Of a stretch of DNA of 64,000 nt, positions 55,125-64,000 are shown in pieces. The notes below the pieces were generated by a model that did no database searches, was not told the origin of the DNA, and worked only from the letters and a program-made list of their open reading frames with translations. Positions within the stretch are counted from its first letter, which is position 1, and each line of letters starts with the position of its first letter. The DNA is from an uncultured Acidobacteriota bacterium (lineage in GTDB: Bacteria > Acidobacteriota > Terriglobia > Acidiferrales > UBA7541), in contig CAVRSO010000105.1 of assembly GCA_963723845.1 (NCBI GenBank), forward strand, positions 57,307-121,306, written 5' to 3'. A program made the position numbers and the translations under genes.

Positions 55125-58100
55125 TCAAAGCGAAGAACTTCCGGCGTGGCGCGAAGCGCTGGCAACCGCTTCAAGCGTATGCCGTGGCGCGCGGCGCATG
55201 GTTTCGATGAAGACGCGAACGAGGGTTGGATCAAATTGGTTCGCGGCGCAACGCTCGAGCTCAGCAAAGGCATCCTCGGCGGTGCGGGCCTTCTTGTAGG
55301 TACGCGCTGAAGTGATGGTGTCGTAGGCGTCGGCAATGGCAATCACTCGCGCGCCGTGAGGGATATTCTCGCCCTGCAGCCGGCAAGGATAGCCAGTGCC
55401 GTCATAAAATTCGTGATGGTGCCGAACCATCTCCCGGATGCGCGCCATCGGTTTAAGCGTTTCGAGAATTCGCGCGCCGAGATCGGTATGAGTTTTCATC
55501 GTTTCCCATTCGCACGCGTCAAGCGGACCTGACTTATTCAGGATTGCTTCTGGGATTCCGACCTTGCCGATATCGTGGAGCAGTCCGGCCAGCCTGATTT
55601 CCTCGATTTCCGTTTCGGTAAGATCCAGCTCCTTGGCGATCATCACAGCGTACGCAGAAACCTTCCGGGAGTGTCCCTGCGTGTAGTGATCCTTCGCGTC
55701 GATGGCGTATGCGAGTGACGTCACTGTCTCGACCACCGACGGCGGCAGAACGCCATCCGAGTCAACTCCTTGCTCCGTAAGCGAACGCGTAAACTGTTCA
55801 AGGCGTCGATAGATTTCCTCGAATGCTTCCGGCCCAGTGGAGAACAGGCGCTTGAGTGTAACCCCTAAATAGGCTTCGAGCACGTCCTTCTTCCATCTTT
55901 TTCGGTCCATAGGGTCGCCCTGTTCGGCGCTGGAGACCAGATTGCCGCCCTGATGCTTGGAAAGGTACATCGAGGAATCCGCAACCTGAATCAGTTCCTG
56001 CGGCGTGCTTCCGTGCAGCGGGAAGGCCGCAATGCCGAAGCTGGCGGTGATGTTCTTATCGCGGAGTAGGGTATCGGATGCGATCCAGCCGCGAAGTTTA
56101 TTGGCGAGCTGGCGGGCCTGCTCGATCGTCGTCTCGGGCATGAGTATCACGAATTCGTCTCCGCCATAGCGTGCGACCACATCCGAGCGCCGGCAATTCT
56201 CCTCGAGGATGTGCCCGACGCGCTGCAGCACTACATCGCCTTCGAGATGGCCATAAAAATCATTCACGAATTTGAAGCGGTCAAGGTCCATGAGGACCAA
56301 AGCGAGCGGGCGGCTCGCGCGCGTGGAACGTTTCCATTCCGAGGATAGCGCCTCCATGAGGAAACGATGCGTCTTGACGCCCGTAAGGCCGTCGGTAATG
56401 GCCTGTTCCTGCGCCTTCTGAAAAGTAAGAGCATTGTGCAGGGCGCCTGCAAAGAGGTCTGCGAGGGTCCGAAGCAGCGCGATATCTTGCGAGGTGAAGT
56501 CGCACGGCTCCGATGTTTCCACGTAGAGAACGCCTAAGAACTGCTCCCCATAAGTAACCGGCAGCGCAACCGACGCCACCGAATCCGGGAGGACTAGTCG
56601 TGGACTCGAAGCATTGGCTTCACGGACGATTCCCATCTGCCCGGTGCGGGCAACCTGGCCGATCAGACCTTCTCCAAGCAGTAAGCGACGCCCAACCGCT
56701 TCCCGCCGCAGGCCCGCATCGGCTTGGACAACGAGTTCCTTGGCTGAATAATCGAGAATCGCAATTCCTATATGATTGTAGGAGAGGTGTTTCTCCATCT
56801 CCGCCGCGATTTTCCCCAGCATCTCCTCGGGATCGAGAGTTGTGATGGCGTGATTCGAAATATTGTTTATCAGCGTAAGCTGGCGAGACTTTTTCTGCTC
56901 TTCTGCGAACAGCCGGGCGTTTTCTATAGCGATGCCCGCTTCGCTGCCCAGAACGCGCAGAAACTCCACGTGGCCCTCGTCGAATACGCGTTCCTTCTGG
57001 CTGTGGACTGCCATTACACCCACGGGGCGATCGTAGAGAATCAAGGGGACCGCGCATATCGAACCGCACAGCTGTCGGGTTTCGAATCCAAGCCGCTCCG
57101 CTTCTTCGGAATAGCGCTCGCGAATCAGAAGGGGCTGCTCGGTGCGGACCACATATTCCACCAGCCGGTTGGCGACCGCACGTGAGCGCTTTGCCAGCCG
57201 CTTTCCATCCATCACTTCGAGTTCAAAGCGGACTTCCCCCGTTTCTTGATCGTGGTAGGCAATAAAGAAACTGCCCGCGTCAACCACGCGGCGCATTTCG
57301 GAATAGATGCGCTCGAGCAATTTATCCAGATCCAAAGTCGAGCTGAGAGCCCGGCCGATTTCGTTGAGGATGTGCAACTCCTCGCTGCGGCGCGATGTCT
57401 GCCGGATCAGGTAACTATTCTCAACCGCCATGCCGATTTGCTGGCCGAGCGCCAGCAGCAAACGCCGTTCGGCAGGGCCAAAGCTCCGATTGTCCGGAGT
57501 TCCGAGCAGGAGAACTCCAAACACTCGCTCCTTGGCCTGCAAACTGATTCCTACAATCGTGCGCAGTCCCTGGTCCAACAGCAATTGCCGGATGCGCCTG
57601 AAGGCGTCGTCTTTTTCCAGCGCCTTCCAGCTCGCGTCGCGGCCTAAGTCCCGAAAAACCACCAGTCCGCCGAGCCGCGCAACCAGATTGATGAAGTATT
57701 CATTCAGCTCCGAATCTTGAATGGCGGTCGAAAAGGAATCGTTGAGGCCGGCAACGATCACCGAAGCGGCGCCGCTTGTTTCACCCTGTTGCAAGCAGAG
57801 TGCGCCGGCGGGAACCCGGACAACGCTCAGGACCCGGTCGAGCGCCTGCGCCAGCATTTTCTGAATCTCGCCTCCCACGAAGCTCCCCGTCACCAGATTC
57901 AGGTTGGAGAGAGCCAGCATGTTTCGCTCGGCCCGTCGCCGTTCCTCTTCATAAACGGACATCACCATGAGTACGCAGGCGAAAAGTTCCGGCAAAATAA
58001 TTGTCGGCAGAAGATGCACCCTTTGCATGAAGGCGAGTCGAGAATTAAACAGGGCTGAAATGCAAATCAGACCCCACCCGGCAAAGGTGAAGCCGAGTAG

Positions 58101-58553
58101 CACATCCGCTCGAGACTCTTGTTTGCGTCCTTCTTGCCAGAAGGTGTAGGCAACCAGCACGAAAATCAGGCCAACGCCCAGCACCACCGGCGGCACGTCG
58201 AGCGAATAGCGAGAGTGTGCAATGGACCAAACGACTGCCGCCAGACCCGCTACGCCCAACCATTTCGGCACCTTGAGGCTCGCGTACAGGCGCGAGGCCG
58301 AATAAAAGGCGAGGCCCGCAAATGCAAAGATGGATTCGTTCAGAGCCCCCAGCCAGCCCATCCATTTCGTATCTCTCTGGAACCACACGCCGAGAGCGCT
58401 AAATAGGAAATGTAAGGCCACCAGGAGCCACGCGGCAGACCACGCAAGGAGGTATGCTTGGCGTTTCCTGCGGTAGAGGAACACAAAGAACGCTGCAAGC
58501 AGGAAGAAGCTTGCCTGAAGCATGATCCCCGTGGACGTGACGTAGCTCTGCAA
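55125..58553 (-). CDS. Multi-TM sensor protein with three GAF domains, a GGDEF domain and an HD-GYP domain (c-di-GMP synthesis and hydrolysis)
   Basis: 1142 aa with ~6-7 N-terminal TM helices. GGDEF with I-site (RRSDVVARYGGDEF). HD-GYP motifs LLHDIGKVGIP and HHHEFYDGTGYP. Confidence 0.85.
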   Translation of the reverse strand: MQSYVTSTGIMLQASFFLLAAFFVFLYRRKRQAYLLAWSAAWLLVALHFLFSALGVWFQRDTKWMGWLGALNESIFAFAGLAFYSASRLYASLKVPKWLGVAGLAAVVWSIAHSRYSLDVPPVVLGVGLIFVLVAYTFWQEGRKQESRADVLLGFTFAGWGLICISALFNSRLAFMQRVHLLPTIILPELFACVLMVMSVYEEERRRAERNMLALSNLNLVTGSFVGGEIQKMLAQALDRVLSVVRVPAGALCLQQGETSGAASVIVAGLNDSFSTAIQDSELNEYFINLVARLGGLVVFRDLGRDASWKALEKDDAFRRIRQLLLDQGLRTIVGISLQAKERVFGVLLLGTPDNRSFGPAERRLLLALGQQIGMAVENSYLIRQTSRRSEELHILNEIGRALSSTLDLDKLLERIYSEMRRVVDAGSFFIAYHDQETGEVRFELEVMDGKRLAKRSRAVANRLVEYVVRTEQPLLIRERYSEEAERLGFETRQLCGSICAVPLILYDRPVGVMAVHSQKERVFDEGHVEFLRVLGSEAGIAIENARLFAEEQKKSRQLTLINNISNHAITTLDPEEMLGKIAAEMEKHLSYNHIGIAILDYSAKELVVQADAGLRREAVGRRLLLGEGLIGQVARTGQMGIVREANASSPRLVLPDSVASVALPVTYGEQFLGVLYVETSEPCDFTSQDIALLRTLADLFAGALHNALTFQKAQEQAITDGLTGVKTHRFLMEALSSEWKRSTRASRPLALVLMDLDRFKFVNDFYGHLEGDVVLQRVGHILEENCRRSDVVARYGGDEFVILMPETTIEQARQLANKLRGWIASDTLLRDKNITASFGIAAFPLHGSTPQELIQVADSSMYLSKHQGGNLVSSAEQGDPMDRKRWKKDVLEAYLGVTLKRLFSTGPEAFEEIYRRLEQFTRSLTEQGVDSDGVLPPSVVETVTSLAYAIDAKDHYTQGHSRKVSAYAVMIAKELDLTETEIEEIRLAGLLHDIGKVGIPEAILNKSGPLDACEWETMKTHTDLGARILETLKPMARIREMVRHHHEFYDGTGYPCRLQGENIPHGARVIAIADAYDTITSARTYKKARTAEDAFAELERCAANQFDPTLVRVFIETMRRAPRHTLEAVASASRHAGSSSL

Positions 58554-58777
58554 TTCTATGCTCCGTGTTTAGCCGGGGCCGTTTGAGGAAGAATATCAGA
58601 AAGCCCGAGGATCACCCGAGCACGTCTCCGGCCAGTTTCTTGGAGGTTAACGTGGAAGAATTCACAGATCCCGCCTCAGGATCGCGCCTTGCCGCCCCGC
58701 TTACGATTGCAAGCAGGAATCTACTATGTAGCCGAGCCAGCCATGTCGTCAACAGTACCCGAGTACCGAAAACTCGA

Positions 58778-58815
58778 AATCCTTTCGTGGCACAGGCACT
58801 CTTGCCTGTGCATGC
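58778..58815 (-). repeat. Intergenic repeat family 3
   Basis: The reverse complement GCATGCACAGGCAAGAGTGCCTGTGCCACGAAAGGATTT matches 30365..30398. Further small hairpins follow at 58846-58935. Confidence 0.6.
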
Positions 58816-59001
58816 AAGTCGAGCCTATCAGTAATCCACAGCCAAGAGTGGCCACCAGGAAACCGGTGGAAGCGCGGGACTTCAGGCCCGCGAAAAGTGA
58901 GGCTGGAAGAAGGGGCTTTAGCCCCGGCCAGCTGAGGCGCTCTCGATTTTCCCGAGACGTTCCGTTAAGATGAATCGCTTCGGATCTACAGAAGACAAAG
59001 T

Positions 59002-60486
59002 ATGCCTCCATCCCAAAAACCTCGCGTTCGCTTTGCGCCTTCCCCAACCGGATACCTTCACGTGGGAGGAGCGCGAACCGCGCTCTTCAACTGGCTCTAC
59101 GCCCGGCGCGAGGGAGGCACGCTTCTTTTGCGAATCGAGGATACGGATGTCGAGCGCAACCGTCCCGAGCTGGTTGATGGGATTTTGGAAGGATTGAAGT
59201 GGTTGGGAATCGAATGGGAAGGGGATCCAATCTATCAGTCGCAAAGGCTTCCGCTTTACCGCGCTGCCGCGGAACGCCTGCTTGCCAGCGGAGCAGCCTT
59301 CGCATGTTATTGCAAGGCCGCAGCTTATGCAGGCGGCGATGCGGCGGCCACCGAGGAAGATCGCGAAGGCGAGGGTGACGACGAAGGTACGAAGGCCTAC
59401 AAGGCCGCCCCATGCCCCTGTCGCGAATTCAGCGATGCCCAACGCGCCGAGAAGGAGCGTGCCGGCGCACAAAAAGCAATCCGCTTCCGAGTCGCGCGTG
59501 AAGGTGTTACGAAATTCGAGGATGCTGTTTTCGGTCCACGCGAAGTTCAGAACGCGGAGATAGAAGACTTTGTCCTCTTGCGCTCGAGCGGCATTCCCAC
59601 CTATCAGTTGAGCGTGGTGGTGGACGACATCGAAATGCAAATCAGCCACATCATTCGCGGAGCCGATCACCTCTCCAACACCCCCAAACAAGTGCTTATT
59701 TATCAGGCACTTGGTGCCGCGCCGCCGGTCTTTGCGCACGTGCCCTTGATCCTCGGCCCCGACCGGACTCGCCTTTCCAAGCGCCACGGTGCCACCAGCG
59801 TCGGCTCCTACGCCGAAGAAGGCTTCCTGCCCGAAGCCTTTCGCAACTTCCTCGCGCTCCTAGGGTGGTCACCAGGAGACGATTCCGAGTTCCTCCGCAC
59901 CAACGAATTGATCGATCGCTTCGCGCTATCGGGCGTGAGCCGCACCAATGCGGTATTCGATCGCGCCAAACTCGAATGGTTCAACACCCAATACTTGCAG
60001 AAGCCGCCCGTGGAAGAGCTGCTTCCGTACGTTGAGGGGGAGCTTAGGCGGGCGGGGCTGTGGGAGGGGTTGCAGGCGAGCCGCGACCCAGCGTGGTTTG
60101 CGCATACAGTAGATTTAATTCGCCCGCGAACGCGCCTGCTTGGCGATTTCACGACGTGGGCCCGCGCATTTTTCACGGACGACTTTGATTACGAGACAGA
60201 AGCGCGGCAGAAGTTCTGGAAAGATGAGCGGTTGCCAGCCATGCTGGCGAAGCTGGCGGATGCGCTTGAGGCGCTCGCGGATTGGAATCATGATGCTTGC
60301 GACGCGGCGCTACGAGGCCTGGCGACGAGCGAAGGAGTCAAGGCGGGGCTGCTTATTAATGCCACGAGAGTAGCGATTGTGGGGCGCGCCGTCGCGCCGC
60401 CGCTATTTGAGACCATGGTGGTGCTGGGGCGGGAGCGGGTGGTATCTCGGCTTAGACGGGCGTTGCCGGCGGTGTCAGCGCGCTGA
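59002..60486 (+). CDS. gltX: Glutamate--tRNA ligase
   Basis: RFAPSPTGYLHVGGARTALFNW (HIGH) and RLSKRHG (KMSKS variant). CYC-x33-CPC cysteine cluster with an acidic low-complexity insert. Confidence 0.9.
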   Translation: MPPSQKPRVRFAPSPTGYLHVGGARTALFNWLYARREGGTLLLRIEDTDVERNRPELVDGILEGLKWLGIEWEGDPIYQSQRLPLYRAAAERLLASGAAFACYCKAAAYAGGDAAATEEDREGEGDDEGTKAYKAAPCPCREFSDAQRAEKERAGAQKAIRFRVAREGVTKFEDAVFGPREVQNAEIEDFVLLRSSGIPTYQLSVVVDDIEMQISHIIRGADHLSNTPKQVLIYQALGAAPPVFAHVPLILGPDRTRLSKRHGATSVGSYAEEGFLPEAFRNFLALLGWSPGDDSEFLRTNELIDRFALSGVSRTNAVFDRAKLEWFNTQYLQKPPVEELLPYVEGELRRAGLWEGLQASRDPAWFAHTVDLIRPRTRLLGDFTTWARAFFTDDFDYETEARQKFWKDERLPAMLAKLADALEALADWNHDACDAALRGLATSEGVKAGLLINATRVAIVGRAVAPPLFETMVVLGRERVVSRLRRALPAVSAR

Positions 60487-60553
60487 AATTGGCCCTTTTC
60501 AGCCCGCTAAGAGCTTCTAGTTAGACTTTCCTGGTGCTTCAAACTCGTCCAAT

Positions 60554-61126
60554 TTAATTGTGCGCCGGTGCGGCAAAAACGTCGGAATGGACGGGTTTGG
60601 CCGCTGACCCAGCCGCTGCGACGCGCAACTCGGCGGTTACGGGGATTTTCACGGGAGGCAGACAGGCCGAGTTGTTGCACGCCTGATATCGCAAGGTCAT
60701 CGGTATGGTGGTTGAGCCAACGGCGGCAGTGTTGTCCGCCATGAGCTTCAGGCGCAGGGTCACGCTACCACTGTAAACATCGAGAGGCTTATCGGGCGAA
60801 AAGGCAAACTTCTTCAGGCTGCCCGGGGGATACGTAGTATCGACTAGACGAATGCCCGCAGGAAGCTTTGGGGTGAGCGTGGTCGGGATCAGGTATGTGT
60901 CCGAGGGCTTGTGCGAATTCATGTGGTATCCCTCTGCGATGTGGACGACTACGGCGGCCTCAAATGCCTTGCCGCGCGGGACAGGATCCAGCGAAACATA
61001 GGGTTGAGCCTTGACCACCTCGGCAGCGCTCTTGGGAGCCGACGAATCCTGGGCCATCGCAATTGCACCCATTGAAATCAGAGCAGCCAGCATTGCGAAG
61101 TAGCGGGAGCTTTTGGGAAGGTTCAT
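60554..61126 (-). CDS. Periplasmic DsbD N-terminal (alpha) domain-like protein
   Basis: Signal peptide, then an Ig-like domain ending in RYQACNNSACLPP, typical of the DsbD-alpha family. 4-nt overlap with the upstream gene. Confidence 0.65.
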   Translation of the reverse strand: MNLPKSSRYFAMLAALISMGAIAMAQDSSAPKSAAEVVKAQPYVSLDPVPRGKAFEAAVVVHIAEGYHMNSHKPSDTYLIPTTLTPKLPAGIRLVDTTYPPGSLKKFAFSPDKPLDVYSGSVTLRLKLMADNTAAVGSTTIPMTLRYQACNNSACLPPVKIPVTAELRVAAAGSAAKPVHSDVFAAPAHN

Positions 61127-61677
61127 AGGTGACTCTCCACTTGCTTATTGACTTCATCCCCATTCGCGAACGCGCCGATATACCTCTTAATGATTTTACC
61201 ATCGCGCGAAATCAGAAAGCTGGTCGGCATTCCAAGTAAACCGCCGAATTTCGTCGAAATCTCATCGCTGCCCATGACGATCGGATAGTTCATGGTCATC
61301 TCATGACCATCGACGTTGAACTGCGTGTGGTGTATGAACGGATCGACGGCCTTCTCGTCGTCATTGGTGGCCACGCCGAGGACCGTGAAGCCCTTGCTGC
61401 CGTATTCTTGCTGCATTTTGATCAGTATAGGGATTTCGCCTCGGCACGGCTCGCACCAGGTGCCCCAGAAATTCACGAGAACAACTTTCCCTTTGAGGCT
61501 CGATAGCGCGACGTTATTTCCCTGAAGATCCTTGAAGGTGACGCTGGGCTCGTCGGCCAGCGGCGCTGCCGTTCCAGAAGAACTGCCGACCTTGCTGCTG
61601 CCTGTGCATCCGGAAAAACTAACCGCAGCCACCAAGATTACGATTGCTGATAGAAATGCGTTGTAGACCCGATTCAT
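61123..61677 (-). CDS. TlpA/ResA-family periplasmic thioredoxin-like lipoprotein
   Basis: Lipobox-like FSGC and redox motif WGTWCEPCRGE. Confidence 0.85.
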   Translation of the reverse strand: MNRVYNAFLSAIVILVAAVSFSGCTGSSKVGSSSGTAAPLADEPSVTFKDLQGNNVALSSLKGKVVLVNFWGTWCEPCRGEIPILIKMQQEYGSKGFTVLGVATNDDEKAVDPFIHHTQFNVDGHEMTMNYPIVMGSDEISTKFGGLLGMPTSFLISRDGKIIKRYIGAFANGDEVNKQVESHL

Positions 61678-61690
61678 CCTCGACTCCGTT

Positions 61691-62557
61691 TTATTTTACA
61701 AATCGATTTAGGAACGTCAAATGTTGCGAAAGCAGTGTCAGCTCGTTGAAGAAAATCAACCCGCCGATAGCAAGCAGCAGCACTCCGCTGAAAACTTCCA
61801 CGGTGTGGAGGTGTTTCCGAAAACGCTGATAGAATTTTAAGAAGCGCCCGATGCCCACTGCCGTCAGCAGAAATGGAATCGCCAGTCCCGCTGAATAGAA
61901 AGCCAGCAACAGGACGCCCTGGCCGATGGTGTCCTTTGTAGCCGCAAGCGCGAGTACGCTCGTGAGGATCGGACCGATGCACGGCGTCCATCCGAACGCA
62001 AACGCAAAGCCCAGAAGAAATCCGCTCACGATTCCGGGTTGGCTGCCGCCACCGACGTTGCGCAAGTGAACGTCCCGGTTCAGCCAGCGCGTCATTGAAG
62101 GTCCCAGCAGGAAGATGAGGGATGCCGCATAGAACTGCATGGGCTTGACCTCAAGCGTGTTTCCATAGCGCAGGTTGAGCGCTACCCCGATCACGACGAG
62201 CACGGCGCCTACGATGATCCCGACCTTGACCGGAATTTTGATCAGCCATCCGACCAGGTGCAGTCCGAAAAGGACAATCAACGCCCCCGCGATCGGCGCG
62301 ATCAGGGTGCGATTGCGCAACATGAATGAACCCACCACGCTGGCCGAAGCGCCCAGCGTTATGAAAACCACTGAAAAACCGATCACAAACGCGAAGGCTA
62401 GGCCCAGGAGCTTGCCGGTACCTCCTTCGCCCTCCTTCAATTGCTCCACGCCCACGCCCGAAAGCATGGAAACGTATCCCGGCACAAGCGGCAAGACGCA
62501 CGGGGAGAGGAACGAAATCACGCCCGCCAGAAATACGCCAAAGATGGAAACGTCCAT
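61691..62557 (-). CDS. ccdA: Cytochrome c biogenesis thiol-reductant transporter CcdA (DsbD transmembrane domain)
   Basis: LSPCVLPLVPGY and WTPCIGPIL motifs with about six TM helices. The start at MDVSIF (62557) is preferred over 62638. Confidence 0.85.
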   Translation of the reverse strand: MDVSIFGVFLAGVISFLSPCVLPLVPGYVSMLSGVGVEQLKEGEGGTGKLLGLAFAFVIGFSVVFITLGASASVVGSFMLRNRTLIAPIAGALIVLFGLHLVGWLIKIPVKVGIIVGAVLVVIGVALNLRYGNTLEVKPMQFYAASLIFLLGPSMTRWLNRDVHLRNVGGGSQPGIVSGFLLGFAFAFGWTPCIGPILTSVLALAATKDTIGQGVLLLAFYSAGLAIPFLLTAVGIGRFLKFYQRFRKHLHTVEVFSGVLLLAIGGLIFFNELTLLSQHLTFLNRFVK

Positions 62558-62770
62558 CCGGTTACCTTCCTCTTTTCGACGCTTCCTGGCGTACAGGCCA
62601 TAGCGCCGGAGTGCGCACAATCGCGCATTTTCCCACATCCGTTAGACGCATACTATTGATTTTTGGTTCATGGCTTTAGGGGACGCGAGACGCCAATTCT
62701 TGGGATCCCAGCCTGGAAGGCAAATTCTCCGGCAAGATTCCGGCGTTACAAGAACACTAAGGGGGGCGGC

Positions 62771-62815
62771 GGCCAAGCATGTGCGCCGGGCACCCGCCGC
62801 GGCGGACTGTGCCCC
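62771..62815 (-). repeat. Intergenic repeat family 1
   Basis: The reverse complement GGGGCACAGTCCGCCGCGGCGGGTGCCCGGCGCACATGCTTGGCC matches 54863..54908 with few mismatches. Confidence 0.75.
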
Positions 62816-62846
62816 AATTCCGGTGTGACAGCTCAATAGGCGATTT

Positions 62847-64000
62847 CTACTCGAGGCGCCAGGGCGAACGCTCGGGCCATTTGCTCAATTCGTTTGTGGC
62901 CCACGCCGTGGACTTGTCCGTGTGGCAGGAGGTGCACGGGTTCGGGATTTTATATTTGTCCGTCATCGCTGGCGTGATGAACCTGAAAGTGTGTGCGTGA
63001 ACTATGGTGCCGGGTACGCCTTCGGTTTCAATCTCCGGCATGTGGCAGGCCACGCACTGGCTTCCGGCGCTGCCGTCCTTATGGTGCGTGTGCTCTTCGA
63101 GCGTGGCCGTGCGGGGCCCGTTCGGCGAGAGCGGCCCGTGGCAGTCCAGGCAGAGCTTGTCGGCGGGCTTGCTCAGTTGCGCGTAGTTGTCTGTGCCGTG
63201 TACGTCGTGGCAATCGAAGCAGGTGATCCCGCGGCGGTACATCACGCTCTGCATGAAATCGTTGCCCTGCATCCGGTTTTTGTGCGCGGTGCCGTCCGCG
63301 AAATAGTAGAAGTCTCGTCTCGCCCAGCTGTGTGGTCTTCGAGCTTCCAGAAATCCTGCAAGCTCTGAGCCCCACGTGATAGCCGACCGGCCAGTCGTAG
63401 TATTTCCCCTCGATCGGACTCGTCAGCGGCCGCCCCTGCGAATGGCACTGGATACAGGTGTCGTTCGCTGCAACGTAATCCATGCGCGCCGGATTGACGA
63501 TGTTGTCCGCGGCTCGGTTGCGCCACGTGCTCGCTGCCCGGACCGTGGCATCGCTCGCAGCCCACGTTCCACTCCGCCACTTTTTGGTGTGGATGTCGTA
63601 GCCGACGGAATGGCAGCCGTCGCACGTGGGGCCGGTCGGCCGCTTCATGTTGTCGGGAGGATAAAACGTCGCCCACCAATCGGCTCTTTCGCGCGACGAA
63701 ATATTTGCTCCATTTGTGGTTGTTGACGTCCCACTGAGCGGGCAGCGGAAAATAGTCGTCGCCGATTTTGGTGAAGTAACGCTGCTTCCAGATGCTGCCG
63801 TAGACGAAAGCAACCTGGTCCTTCGTGAACTTGGCCACGTTGTTGGTCGCCAGATCGGGAATGATCGCATCAGGATGCTCGCGCGGATCGCGAACGATAT
63901 TGGCCATCGGAGTCTTTTTCCAACGGTTGTAGATCTGGTCGTGGCACTTCTCGCAGGCTTGCGAGCCAACGTAGTGCGCGGTCTTCGCCGTGCTATCCTG
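62847..64000 (-). pseudogene. Multihaem c-type cytochrome (at least 8 CxxCH), 5' end beyond the window, broken by five single-base frameshifts between ~63310 and ~63690
   Basis: The frame from 64000 reads QDSTAKTAHYVGSQACEKCHDQIYNRWKKTPMANIV.. The best-frame path then switches at ~63688, ~63582, ~63509, ~63371 and ~63311. Haem motifs CEKCH, CDGCH, CERCH, CIQCH, CFDCH, CLDCH, CVACH and CTSCH are each intact in their local frame. Stop at 62847. Confidence 0.7.

Noticed and set aside
59270-59420. Acidic low-complexity insert (CYC-x33-CPC) in GltX as something unusual
   Set aside because: It sits where many GluRS enzymes have a variable zinc-binding insertion. The length variation alone is not informative.
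63300-63700. Programmed ribosomal frameshifting as the explanation for the cytochrome frame changes
   Set aside because: There are five switches in both directions within 400 bp. None sits at a slippery heptamer or has an obvious downstream stimulator. Indels (real or artefactual) are far more likely.
1-64000. Scan for CRISPR arrays, tandem repeats, IS/transposase, integrase, phage, toxin-antitoxin or known defence-gene signatures
   Set aside because: None were recognised. The only repeats are the three short dispersed hairpin families. Every large ORF has a housekeeping or signalling assignment.

Overview
High-GC (~58-60%) bacterial chromosomal window. Gene content and protein flavour suggest an Acidobacteriota-like organism, but this is inference only. 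The window is almost entirely housekeeping. Left to right: lptD and an amidase; a PilZ membrane protein; yceD-rpmF-plsX-fabD-fabG-acpP-fabF running straight into etfBA; a small ORF, a REC-GGDEF regulator and a hybrid histidine kinase on the minus strand; the Pho module phoB-phoR-phoU-like plus pstSCAB-phoU; an aldo/keto reductase; purN-tyrS; a PEP-CTERM protein; ask-thrC-thrB; an eight-gene his operon (hisI-G-D-C-B-H-F-A); an FtsX-type permease with a LolA-like lipoprotein; Fe/Mn SOD; VIT1; htrA; tonB plus a pseudo-M48 protein; a GNAT; uppP; yebC; coaD; an aminotransferase; manA; a 1142-aa GAF-GGDEF-HD-GYP protein; gltX; a split-DsbD redox module; and a multihaem cytochrome c running off the right edge. 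I saw no rRNA, tRNA, CRISPR array, transposase, integrase, phage gene or recognisable defence gene, and I do not see a convincing novel multi-gene system. The most interesting signals are small-scale. (1) A strong intrinsic terminator lies 12 nt before hisI, preceded by a 22-codon His-enriched uORF, which looks like a leader-peptide attenuator. (2) The multihaem cytochrome gene carries five single-base frameshifts within ~400 bp while all CxxCH motifs stay intact. (3) hisA carries one frameshift. (4) Three families of short hairpin-containing intergenic repeats are present. (5) A BepA/M48-like secreted protein has its HExxH replaced by QELAD and sits next to tonB. All functional calls come from motif recognition by eye; no searches or folding were run.
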